From: the human T2T-CHM13v2.0 reference genome, Homo sapiens
Reading direction: 5' to 3' (one strand)
Length of the DNA stretch: 64,000 nucleotides
Assembly: GCF_009914755.1 (NCBI RefSeq)
Contig: NC_060930.1
Shown here piece by piece: positions 23,501 through 36,700 of the stretch. Under the pieces are notes generated by a model that saw only the letters and a list, made by a program, of their open reading frames with translations, had not been told where the DNA came from and did no database searches. Numbering within the stretch: position 1 is the stretch's first letter; every line of letters starts with the position of its first letter. The position numbers and the translations under genes were made by a program.

Positions 23501-25627
23501 GCTAGAAATGGAAATATCTCCCCATAAAACCAAGACAGAAGCAATCTCAGAAACTAATGTGTGATGGCTGCATTCCACACACACGGTGGACCATTTCTCT
23601 TGATAGAGCAGTTTTGAAACACTCTTTCTGTAGAATCTGCAAGTGGATAATTGGACCTCCTAGAGGCCTTCGTTGGAAACGGGATTTCTTCATCTAAACC
23701 TACAGAGAAGTATTCTCAGTAACTTCTTCGGATGTGTGCATTCGACGCACAGAATGGAACATTCCCTTTGATAGAGCAGTTTTGAGACACCGTTTTTGTA
23801 GAATTCCCAAGTGGATATTTAGAGCACTTTGAAGTCTCTGCTAGAAAAGGAAACATCTTCATGTAAAAAGTAGATAGAATCGTTCTCAGAAAGTGCTTAG
23901 TGTCGTGTGCGTTCAACTCACAGAGTTTAACGTTTCTTTTGATAGAGCGTTTCTGAAACACCCTTCTTGTAGTAGCTGCAAGTGGATATTTGGACCTATT
24001 GGAGGCCTTCTTTGGAAATGGGATTTCTTCATGTAACTCTAGATTGAAGAATTCTCAGAAACTCCTTTGTGATGTGTGCATTCAATTCAAAGAGTGAAAC
24101 CTCTCTTTTCACAGAGCAGTTTTGAAACACTGTTTTTGTAGGATTTCCAAGGGGATATTTATAGCGCATTGAGCCTACGGCGGAAAAAGAAACATCTTCC
24201 TATAAAAACTAGACAGAATACTTCTCAGAATCTGCTTTGCGATGTGTGCGTTCAACTCACAGAGTAAAACTTTTCTTTTGATAGAGCAGTTTTGAAACAC
24301 TCTTTTTGTAGTATTTGCATGTGTATATTTAGAGCGCATTGAAGCCCACAGTAGAAAAGGAAATAACTTCACCTAAAACCTAGACAGAAGCAATCACAGA
24401 AACTACTTTGTGATGTGTACATTCAACTCACAGAGTGGAACTTTCCTCTTTATAGAGCAGTGTTGAAACACTCTTTTTGTAGAAACTGCAAGTGGATATT
24501 TGGACCTCTTTGAGGCCTTCGTTGGAAACGGGATTTCTTCCTATAACCCTAGACAGAAGAATTTTCAGAAACCTCATTGTGATGTGTGCGTTCATCTCAC
24601 AGAGTGGAGTCTTCCGTTTGATAGAGAAGTTTTGAAACCCTGTTCTTGTAGGATTTCCAAGTGGATATTTAGACCACTTTGAAGCCTATGATAGAAAAGG
24701 AAACATCTTCATGGAAAACATAGATAGAATCATCCTCAGAAACAATTTTGTGATGTGTGCGTTGAACTCACCGTCTTTAACCTTTCTTTTGGTAGAGAAG
24801 TTTTGAAACACTCTCTTTGTAAAGTCTACAAGTGGATATTTTGAGCCCTTGGAGGCATTCTTTGGAAAAGGGAATGTCTTCACATAAAAGGCAGACGGAA
24901 GTGTTCTCAGAAACTGCTTTGTGATGTCTGTGTTCAACTCAGAGAGTTTAACATTTTCTTTGATAGAGCGGTTTAGTAACCCTCTCTTTGTAGAATTTGG
25001 AAGTGTATACTAAGAGCGCTTTGAGGCCTATGGTAGAAAAGGAAATATCTTTCCATAAAAGCTAGACAGAAGCAATCTCAGAAACTCCTCTGTGATGTCT
25101 GCATTCAACTCACCGAGTGGAACATTCCTCTTGAGAGAGCAGTTTGGAAACACTCTTTCTGTAGAATCAGCTTGTTTGTATTTGGACCTCCTTGAGGCCT
25201 TCGTTGGAAACGGGTTTTCATCTTATAAACCCAGACAGAAGAATTCTCAGAGTCTTCTTTGTGATGTGTGCTTTCAACTCACCGAGATAAAGATTTCTCT
25301 TGATAGAGCAATTTGGAAACACTCTTTTTGTAGAATTTGCAAGGGTACATTGAGAGCGCTTTCAGGCCTATGGTAGAAAAGGGAATATCTTTCCATAAAA
25401 GGTAGACAGAAGCAATCTCAGAAACTACTTTGTGATGTGTGCATTCAACTCACCGAGTGCAACGTTCCTCTTGACCGAGCAGTTTGGAAACATTGTTTCT
25501 GTAGAATCTGCAAGTGGATATTTGGACCTCTTTGAGGCCTTCGTTGGAAACGGGATTTCTTCCTATAAACCCAGACAGAAGAATTCTCAGAGACTTCTTT
25601 GTGATGTGTGAATTCAACTCACAGTGT
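20526..25627 (+). repeat. Two 15-mer HORs type a (2551 bp; 506-bp deletion)
   Basis: GGATCC at 20526, 23077, 25628; junction gtatAaatctagacagaagaattctcAgaaacttccttgtg at ~20805-20827, with a variant junction at ~23356-23387. Confidence 0.93.
21966..21982 (+). promoter_or_regulatory. CENP-B box inactivated by a point change (TTCG to TTCA)
   Basis: cttcattggaaacggga; A at 21970 where other copies have G (also visible as EAFIG versus EAFVG in the ORF track). Confidence 0.8.
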
Positions 25628-28600
25628 GGATCCTTCCTTTTGATAGAGCAGTTTTGAAACCCTGTTTTTGTAGTATTTCCAAGCGGATATTTGGAACGCC
25701 TTGAAGCGTATGGTAGAAAAGGAAATATCTTCCCATAAAACCTAGACAGAACCAATCTCAGAAACGACTTTGTGATGTCTGCATTCAAGTCACAGAGTTG
25801 AACATTTCTCTTGATAGAGCAGTTTTGAAACCCTCTTTCTGAAGGATCTGCAAGTGGATATTTGGAACTCCTTTGGGTCTTCGTTGGAAACGGGATTTCT
25901 TCGTATAAATCTAGACAGAAGAATTCTCCGAAACTTCTTTGGTTGTGTGCATTCAAGTCACAGAGTGGAACCTTCCTTTGGATAGAGCAGTTTGAAACGC
26001 CGTGGTTGTAGTATTTCCAAGCGGATATTAGAGCGCCTTGAGGCCTATGGTAGAAAAGGAAATATCTTCCCATAAAACCTAGACGGAAGCAATCTCAGAA
26101 ACTACTGTGTGATGGCTGCATTCCACACACACGGTGGAACATTTCTCTTGATAGAGCAGTTTTGAAACACTCTTTCTGTAGAATCTGCAAGTGGATAATT
26201 GGACCGCCTTGAGGCCTTCGTTGGAAACGGGATTTCTTCATGTTACTCTAGATAGAAGAATTCTCAAACACTGCTATGTGATGTTTGCATTCAAGTCACA
26301 GAGTGCAACATTCCTCTTGGTAGAGCAGTTGGGAAACACTCCTTTTGTAGAATCTGCAATGGGATATTTGGACTTCTTTGAGGCCTTCGTTGGAAACGGG
26401 ATTTCTTCGTATGAATCTAGACAGAAGAATTCTCAGAAACTTCCTTGTGATGTGTGCATTCAACTCAGCGAGTGGCACCTTCCTTTGGATACAGCAGTTT
26501 TGAAACACTGTTTTTGTAGTATTTCCAAGCGGATATTTAGAGCGCCTTGAAGCCTATGCTAGAAATGGAAATATCTCCCCATAAAACCAAGACGGAAGCA
26601 ATCTCAGAAACTAATGTGTGATGGCTGCATTCCACACACACGGTGGACCATTTCTCTTGATAGAGCAGTTTTGAAACACTCTTTCTGTAGAATCTGCAAG
26701 TGGATAATTGGACCTCCTAGAGGCCTTCGTTGGAAACGGGATTTCTTCATCTAAACCTACAGAGAAGAATTCTCAGTAACTTCTTCGGATGTGTGCATTC
26801 GACGCACAGAATGGAACATTCCCTTTGATAGAGCAGTTTTGAGACACCGTTTTTGTAGAATTCCCAAGTGGATATTTAGAGCACTTTGAAGTCTCTGCTA
26901 GAAAAGGAAACATCTTCATGTAAAAAGTAGATAGAATCGTTCTCAGAAAGTGCTTAGTGACGTGTGCGTTCAACTCACAGAGTTTAACGTTTCTTTTGAT
27001 AGAGCGTTTCTGAAACACCCTTCTTGTAGTAGCTGCAAGTGGATATTTGGACCTATTGGAGGCCTTCTTTGGAAATGGGATTTCTTCATGTAACTCTAGA
27101 TTGAAGAGTTCTCAGAAACTCCTTTGTGATGTGTGCATTCAATTCAAAGAGTGAAACCTCCCTTTTCACAGAGCAGTTTTGAAACACTGTTTTTGTAGGA
27201 TTTCCAAGGGGATATTTATAGCGCATTGAGCCTACGGCGGAAAAAGAAACATCTTCCTATAAAAACTAGACAGAATACTTCTCAGAATCTGCTTTGCGAT
27301 GTGTGCGTTCAACTCACAGAGTAAAACTTTTCTTTTGATAGAGCAGTTTTGAAACACTCTTTTTGTAGTATTTGCATGTGTATATTTAGAGCGCATTGAA
27401 GCCCACAGTAGAAAAGGAAATAACTTCACCTAAAACCTAGACAGAAGCAATCTCAGAAACTACTTTGTGATGTGTACATTCAACTCACAGAGTGGAACTT
27501 TCCTCTTTATAGAGCAGTGTTGAAACACTCTTTTTGTAGAAACTGCAAGTGGATATTTGGACCTCTTTGAGGCCTTCGTTGGAAACGGGATTTCTTCCTA
27601 TAACCCTAGACAGAAGAATTTTCAGAAACCTCATTGTGATGTGTGCGTTCATCTCACAGAGTGGAGTCTTCCGTTTGATAGAGAAGTTTTGAAACCCTGT
27701 TCTTGTAGGATTTCCAAGTGGATATTTAGACCACTTTGAAGCCTATGATAGAAAAGGAAACATCTTCATGGAAAACATAGATAGAATCATTCTCAGAAAC
27801 AACTTTGTGATGTGTGCGTTGAACTCACCGTCTTTAACCTTTCTTTTGGTAGAGAAGTTTTGAAACACTCTCTTTGTAAAGTCTACAAGTGGATATTTTG
27901 AGCCCTTGGAGGCATTCTTTGGAAAAGGGAATGTCTTCCCATAAAAGGCAGACGGAAGTGTTCTCAGAAACTGCTTTGTGATGTCTGTGTTCAACTCACA
28001 GAGTTTAACATTTCCTTTGATAGAGCGGTTTAGTAACCCTCTCTTTGTAGAATTTGGAAGTGTATACTAAGAGCGCTTTGAGGCCTATGGTAGAAAAGGA
28101 AATATCTTTCCATAAAAGCTAGACAGAAGCAATCTCAGAAACTCCTCTGTGATGTCTGCATTCAACTCACCGAGTGGAACATTCCTCTTGATAGAGCAGT
28201 TTGGAAACACTCTTTCTGTAGAATCAGCTTGTTTGTATTTGGACCTCCTTGAGGCCTTCGTTGGAAACGGGTTTTCATCTTATAAACCCAGACAGAAGAA
28301 TTCTCAGAGTCTTCTTTGTGATGTGTGCTTTCAACTCACCGAGATAAAGATTTCTCTTGATAGAGCAATTTGGAAACACTCTTTTTGTAGAATTTGCAAG
28401 GGTACATTGAGAGCGCTTTCAGGCCTATGGTAGAAAAGGGAATATCTTTCCATAAAAGGTAGACAGAAGCAATCTCAGAAACTACTTTGTGATGTGTGCA
28501 TTCAACTCACCGAGTGCAACGTTCCTCTTGACCGAGCAGTTTGGAAACATTGTTTCTGTAGAATCTGCAAGTGGATATTTGGACCTCTTTGAGGCCTTCG

Positions 28601-28684
28601 TTGGAAACGGGATTTCTTCCTATAAACCCAGACAGAAGAATTCTCAGAGACTTCTTTGTGATGTGTGAATTCAACTCACAGTGT
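25628..28684 (+). repeat. Canonical 18-mer HOR
   Basis: 3057-bp BamHI spacing; all 18 monomers present. Confidence 0.93.
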
Positions 28685-31600
28685 GGATCCTTCCTTTTGA
28701 TAGAGCAGTTTTGAAACCCTGTTTTTGTAGTATTTCCAAGCGGATATTTGGAACGCCTTGAAGCGTATGGTAGAAAAGGAAATATCTTCCCATAAAACCT
28801 AGACAGAACCAATCTCAGAAACGACTTTGTGATGTCTGCATTCAAGTCACAGAGTTGAACATTTCTCTTGATAGAGCAGTTTTGAAACCCTCTTTCTGAA
28901 GGATCTGCAAGTGGATATTTGGAACTCCTTTGGGTCTTCGTTGGAAACGGGATTTCTTCGTATAAATCTAGACAGAAGAATTCTCAGAAACTTCCTTGTG
29001 ATGTGTGCATTCAACTCAGCGAGTGGCACCTTCCTTTGGATACAGCAGTTTTGAAACACTGTTTTTGTAGTATTTCCAAGCGGATATTTAGAGCGCCTTG
29101 AAGCCTATGCTAGAAATGGAAATATCTCCCCATAAAACCAAGACAGAAGCAATCTCAGAAACTAATGTGTGATGGCTGCATTCCACACACACGGTGGACC
29201 ATTTCTCTTGATAGAGCAGTTTTGAAACACTCTTTCTGTAGAATCTGCAAGTGGATAATTGGACCTCCTAGAGGCCTTCGTTGGAAACGGGATTTCTTCA
29301 TCTAAACCTACAGAGAAGTATTCTCAGTAACTTCTTCGGATGTGTGCATTCGACGCACAGAATGGAACATTCCCTTTGATAGAGCAGTTTTGAGACACCG
29401 TTTTTGTAGAATTCCCAAGTGGATATTTAGAGCACTTTGAAGTCTCTGCTAGAAAAGGAAACATCTTCATGTAAAAAGTAGATAGAATCGTTCTCAGAAA
29501 GTGCTTAGTGTCGTGTGCGTTCAACTCACAGAGTTTAACGTTTCTTTTGATAGAGCGTTTCTGAAACACCCTTCTTGTAGTAGCTGCAAGTAGATATTTG
29601 GACCTATTGGAGGCCTTCTTTGGAAATGGGATTTCTTCATGTAACTCTAGAGTGAAGAATTCTCAGAAACTCCTTTGTGATGTGTGCATTCAATTCAAAG
29701 AGTGAAACCTCTCTTTTCACAGAGCAGTTTTGAAACACTGTTTTTGTAGGATTTCCAAGGGGATATTTATAGCGCATTGAGCCTACGGCGGAAAAAGAAA
29801 CATCTTCCTATAAAAACTAGACAGAATACTTCTCAGAATCTGCTTTGCGATGTGTGCGTTCAACTCACAGAGTAAAACTTTTCTTTTGATAGAGCAGTTT
29901 TGAAACACTCTTTTTGTAGTATTTGCATGTGTATATTTAGAGCGCATTGAAGCCCACAGTAGAAAAGGAAATAACTTCACCTAAAACCTAGACAGAAGCA
30001 ATCACAGAAACTACTTTGTGATGTGTACATTCAACTCACAGAGTGGAACTTTCCTCTTTATAGAGCAGTGTTGAAACACTCTTTTTGTAGAAACTGCAAG
30101 TGGATATTTGGACCTCTTTGAGGCCTTCGTTGGAAACGGGATTTCTTCCTATAACCCTAGACAGAAGAATTTTCAGAAACCTCATTGTGATGTGTGCGTT
30201 CATCTCACAGAGTGGAGTCTTCCGTTTGATAGAGAAGTTTTGAAACCCTGTTCTTGTAGGATTTCCAAGTGGATATTTAGACCACTTTGAAGCCTATGAT
30301 AGAAAAGGAAACATCTTCATGGAAAACATAGATAGAATCATCCTCAGAAACAACTTTGTGATGTGTGCGTTGAACTCACCGTCTTTAACCTTTCTTTTGG
30401 TAGAGAAGTTTTGAAACACTCTCTTTGTAAAGTCTACAAGTGGATATTTTGAGCCCTTGGAGGCATTCTTTGGAAAAGGGAATGTCTTCACATAAAAGGC
30501 AGACGGAAGTGTTCTCAGAAACTGCTTTGTGATGTCTGTGTTCAACTCACAGAGTTTAACATTTCCTTTGATAGAGCGGTTTAGTAACCCTCTCTTTGTA
30601 GAATTTGGAAGTGTATACTAAGAGCGCTTTGAGGCCTATGGTAGAAAAGGAAATATCTTTCCATAAAAGCTAGACAGAAGCAATCTCAGAAACTCCTCTG
30701 TGATGTCTGCATTCAACTCACCGAGTGGAACATTCCTCTTGAGAGAGCAGTTTGGAAACACTCTTTCTGTAGAATCAGCTTGTTTGTATTTGGACCTCCT
30801 TGAGGCCTTCGTTGGAAACGGGTTTTCATCTTATAAACCCAGACAGAAGAATTCTCAGAGTCTTCTTTGTGATGTGTGCTTTCAACTCACCGAGATAAAG
30901 ATTTCTCTTGATAGAGCAATTTGGAAACACTCTTTTTGTAGAATTTGCAAGGGTACATTGAGAGCGCTTTCAGGCCTATGGTAGAAAAGGGAATATCTTT
31001 CCATAAAAGGTAGACAGAAGCAATCTCAGAAACTACTTTGTGATGTGTGCATTCAACTCACCGAGTGCAACGTTCCTCTTGACCGAGCAGTTTGGAAACA
31101 TTGTTTCTGTAGAATCTGCAAGTGGATATTTGGACCTCTTTGAGGCCTTCGTTGGAAACGGGATTTCTTCCTATAAACCCAGACAGAAGAATTCTCAGAG
31201 ACTTCTTTGTGATGTGTGAATTCAACTCACAGTGTGGATCCTTCCTTTTGATAGAGCAGTTTTGAAACCCTGTTTTTGTAGTATTTCCAAGCGGATATTT
31301 GGAACGCCTTGAAGCGTATGGTAGAAAAGGAAATATCTTCCCATAAAACCTAGACAGAACCAATCTCAGAAACGACTTTGTGATGTCTGCATTCAAGTCA
31401 CAGAGTTGAACATTTCTCTTGATAGAGCAGTTTTGAAACCCTCTTTCTGAAGGATCTGCAAGTGGATATTTGGAACTCCTTTGGGTCTTCGTTGGAAACG
31501 GGATTTCTTCGTATAAATCTAGACAGAAGAATTCTCAGAAACTTCCTTGTGATGAGTGCATTCAACTCAGCGAGTGGCACGTTCCTTTGGATACAGCAGT

Positions 31601-33786
31601 TTTGAAACACTGTTTTTGTAGTATTTCCAAGCGGATATTTAGAGCGCCTTGAAGCCTATGCTAGAAATGGAAATATCTCCCCATAAAACCAAGACAGAAG
31701 CAATCTCAGAAACTAATGTGTGATGGCTGCATTCCACACACACGGTGGACCATTTCTCTTGATAGAGCAGTTTTGAAACACTCTTTCTGTAGAATCTGCA
31801 AGTGGATAATTGGACCTCCTAGAGGCCTTCGTTGGAAACGGGATTTCTTCATCTAAACCTACAGAGAAGTATTCTCAGTAACTTCTTCGGATGTGTGCAT
31901 TCGACGCACAGAATGGAACATTCCCTTTGATAGAGCAGTTTTGAGACACCGTTTTTGTAGAATTCCCAAGTGGATATTTAGAGCACTTTGAAGTCTCTGC
32001 TAGAAAAGGAAACATCTTCATGTAAAAAGTAGATAGAATCGTTCTCAGAAAGTGCTTAGTGTCGTGTGCGTTCAACTCACAGAGTTTAACGTTTCTTTTG
32101 ATAGAGCGTTTCTGAAACACCCTTCTTGTAGTAGCTGCAAGTGGATATTTGGACCTATTGGAGGCCTTCTTTGGAAATGGGATTTCTTCATGTAACTCTA
32201 GAGTGAAGAATTCTCAGAAACTCCTTTGTGATGTGTGCATTCAATTCAAAGAGTGAAACCTCTCTTTTCACAGAGCAGTTTTGAAACACTGTTTTTGTAG
32301 GATTTCCAAGGGGATATTTATAGCGCATTGAGCCTACGGCGGAAAAAGAAACATCTTCCTATAAAAACTAGACAGAATACTTCTCAGAATCTGCTTTGCG
32401 ATGTGTGCGTTCAACTCACAGAGTAAAACTTTTCTTTTGATAGAGCAGTTTTGAAACACTCTTTTTGTAGTATTTGCATGTGTATATTTAGAGCGCATTG
32501 AAGCCCACAGTAGAAAAGGAAATAACTTCACCTAAAACCTAGACAGAAGCAATCACAGAAACTACTTTGTGATGTGTACATTCAACTCACAGAGTGGAAC
32601 TTTCCTCTTTATAGAGCAGTGTTGAAACACTCTTTTTGTAGAAACTGCAAGTGGATATTTGGACCTCTTTGAGGCCTTCGTTGGAAACGGGATTTCTTCC
32701 TATAACCCTAGACAGAAGAATTTTCAGAAACCTCATTGTGATGTGTGCGTTCATCTCACAGAGTGGAGTCTTCCGTTTGATAGAGAAGTTTTGAAACCCT
32801 GTTCTTGTAGGATTTCCAAGTGGATATTTAGACCACTTTGAAGCCTATGATAGAAAAGGAAACATCTTCATGGAAAACATAGATAGAATCATCCTCAGAA
32901 ACAACTTTGTGATGTGTGCGTTGAACTCACCGTCTTTAACCTTTCTTTTGGTAGAGAAGTTTTGAAACACTCTCTTTGTAAAGTCTACAAGTGGATATTT
33001 TGAGCCCTTGGAGGCATTCTTTGGAAAAGGGAATGTCTTCACATAAAAGGCAGACGGAAGTGTTCTCAGAAACTGCTTTGTGATGTCTGTGTTCAACTCA
33101 GAGAGTTTAACATTTTCTTTGATAGAGCGGTTTAGTAACCCTCTCTTTGTAGAATTTGGAAGTGTATACTAAGAGCGCTTTGAGGCCTATGGTAGAAAAG
33201 GAAATATCTTTCCATAAAAGCTAGACAGAAGCAATCTCAGAAACTCCTCTGTGATGTCTGCATTCAACTCACCGAGTGGAACATTCCTCTTGAGAGAGCA
33301 GTTTGGAAACACTCTTTCTGTAGAATCAGCTTGTTTGTATTTGGACCTCCTTGAGGCCTTCGTTGGAAACGGGTTTTCATCTTATAAACCCAGACAGAAG
33401 AATTCTCAGAGTCTTCTTTGTGATGTGTGCTTTCAACTCACCGAGATAAAGATTTCTCTTGATAGAGCAATTTGGAAACACTCTTTTTGTAGAATTTGCA
33501 AGGGTACATTGAGAGCGCTTTCAGGCCTATGGTAGAAAAGGGAATATCTTTCCATAAAAGGTAGACAGAAGCAATCTCAGAAACTACTTTGTGATGTGTG
33601 CATTCAACTCACCGAGTGCAACGTTCCTCTTGACCGAGCAGTTTGGAAACATTGTTTCTGTAGAATCTGCAAGTGGATATTTGGACCTCTTTGAGGCCTT
33701 CGTTGGAAACGGGATTTCTTCCTATAAACCCAGACAGAAGAATTCTCAGAGACTTCTTTGTGATGTGTGAATTCAACTCACAGTGT
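28685..33786 (+). repeat. Two 15-mer HORs type a
   Basis: GGATCC at 28685, 31236, 33787 (2551 spacing); type-a junction present in both. Confidence 0.93.
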
Positions 33787-36700
33787 GGATCCTTCCTTTT
33801 GATAGAGCAGTTTTGAAACCCTGTTTTTGTAGTATTTCCAAGCGGATATTTGGAACGCCTTGAAGCGTATGGTAGAAAAGGAAATATCTTCCCATAAAAC
33901 CTAGACAGAACCAATCTCAGAAACGACTTTGTGATGTCTGCATTCAAGTCACAGAGTTGAACATTTCTCTTGATAGAGCAGTTTTGAAACCCTCTTTCTG
34001 AAGGATCTGCAAGTGGATATTTGGAACTCCTTTGGGTCTTCGTTGGAAACGGGATTTCTTCGTATAAATCTAGACAGAAGAATTCTCCGAAACTTCTTTG
34101 GTTGTGTGCATTCAAGTCACAGAGTGGAACCTTCCTTTGGATAGAGCAGTTTGAAACGCCGTGGTTGTAGTATTTCCAAGCGGATATTAGAGCGCCTTGA
34201 GGCCTATGGTAGAAAAGGAAATATCTTCCCATAAAACCTAGACGGAAGCAATCTCAGAAACTACTGTGTGATGGCTGCATTCCACACACACGGTGGAACA
34301 TTTCTCTTGATAGAGCAGTTTTGAAACACTCTTTCTGTAGAATCTGCAAGTGGATAATTGGACCGCCTTGAGGCCTTCGTTGGAAACGGGATTTCTTCAT
34401 GTTACTCTAGATAGAAGAATTCTCAAACACTGCTATGTGATGTTTGCATTCAAGTCACAGAGTGCAACATTCCTCTTGGTAGAGCAGTTGGGAAACACTC
34501 CTTTTGTAGAATCTGCAATGGGATATTTGGACTTCTTTGAGGCCTTCGTTGGAAACGGGATTTCTTCGTATGAATCTAGACAGAAGAATTCTCAGAAACT
34601 TCCTTGTGATGTGTGCATTCAACTCAGCGAGTGGCACCTTCCTTTGGATACAGCAGTTTTGAAACACTGTTTTTGTAGTATTTCCAAGCGGATATTTAGA
34701 GCGCCTTGAAGCCTATGCTAGAAATGGAAATATCTCCCCATAAAACCAAGACGGAAGCAATCTCAGAAACTAATGTGTGATGGCTGCATTCCACACACAC
34801 GGTGGACCATTTCTCTTGATAGAGCAGTTTTGAAACACTCTTTCTGTAGAATCTGCAAGTGGATAATTGGACCTCCTAGAGGCCTTCGTTGGAAACGGGA
34901 TTTCTTCATCTAAACCTACAGAGAAGAATTCTCAGTAACTTCTTCGGATGTGTGCATTCGACGCACAGAATGGAACATTCCCTTTGATAGAGCAGTTTTG
35001 AGACACCGTTTTTGTAGAATTCCCAAGTGGATATTTAGAGCACTTTGAAGTCTCTGCTAGAAAAGGAAACATCTTCATGTAAAAAGTAGATAGAATCGTT
35101 CTCAGAAAGTGCTTAGTGACGTGTGCGTTCAACTCACAGAGTTTAACGTTTCTTTTGATAGAGCGTTTCTGAAACACCCTTCTTGTAGTAGCTGCAAGTG
35201 GATATTTGGACCTATTGGAGGCCTTCTTTGGAAATGGGATTTCTTCATGTAACTCTAGATTGAAGAGTTCTCAGAAACTCCTTTGTGATGTGTGCATTCA
35301 ATTCAAAGAGTGAAACCTCCCTTTTCACAGAGCAGTTTTGAAACACTGTTTTTGTAGGATTTCCAAGGGGATATTTATAGCGCATTGAGCCTACGGCGGA
35401 AAAAGAAACATCTTCCTATAAAAACTAGACAGAATACTTCTCAGAATCTGCTTTGCGATGTGTGCGTTCAACTCACAGAGTAAAACTTTTCTTTTGATAG
35501 AGCAGTTTTGAAACACTCTTTTTGTAGTATTTGCATGTGTATATTTAGAGCGCATTGAAGCCCACAGTAGAAAAGGAAATAACTTCACCTAAAACCTAGA
35601 CAGAAGCAATCTCAGAAACTACTTTGTGATGTGTACATTCAACTCACAGAGTGGAACTTTCCTCTTTATAGAGCAGTGTTGAAACACTCTTTTTGTAGAA
35701 ACTGCAAGTGGATATTTGGACCTCTTTGAGGCCTTCGTTGGAAACGGGATTTCTTCCTATAACCCTAGACAGAAGAATTTTCAGAAACCTCATTGTGATG
35801 TGTGCGTTCATCTCACAGAGTGGAGTCTTCCGTTTGATAGAGAAGTTTTGAAACCCTGTTCTTGTAGGATTTCCAAGTGGATATTTAGACCACTTTGAAG
35901 CCTATGATAGAAAAGGAAACATCTTCATGGAAAACATAGATAGAATCATTCTCAGAAACAACTTTGTGATGTGTGCGTTGAACTCACCGTCTTTAACCTT
36001 TCTTTTGGTAGAGAAGTTTTGAAACACTCTCTTTGTAAAGTCTACAAGTGGATATTTTGAGCCCTTGGAGGCATTCTTTGGAAAAGGGAATGTCTTCCCA
36101 TAAAAGGCAGACGGAAGTGTTCTCAGAAACTGCTTTGTGATGTCTGTGTTCAACTCACAGAGTTTAACATTTCCTTTGATAGAGCGGTTTAGTAACCCTC
36201 TCTTTGTAGAATTTGGAAGTGTATACTAAGAGCGCTTTGAGGCCTATGGTAGAAAAGGAAATATCTTTCCATAAAAGCTAGACAGAAGCAATCTCAGAAA
36301 CTCCTCTGTGATGTCTGCATTCAACTCACCGAGTGGAACATTCCTCTTGATAGAGCAGTTTGGAAACACTCTTTCTGTAGAATCAGCTTGTTTGTATTTG
36401 GACCTCCTTGAGGCCTTCGTTGGAAACGGGTTTTCATCTTATAAACCCAGACAGAAGAATTCTCAGAGTCTTCTTTGTGATGTGTGCTTTCAACTCACCG
36501 AGATAAAGATTTCTCTTGATAGAGCAATTTGGAAACACTCTTTTTGTAGAATTTGCAAGGGTACATTGAGAGCGCTTTCAGGCCTATGGTAGAAAAGGGA
36601 ATATCTTTCCATAAAAGGTAGACAGAAGCAATCTCAGAAACTACTTTGTGATGTGTGCATTCAACTCACCGAGTGCAACGTTCCTCTTGACCGAGCAGTT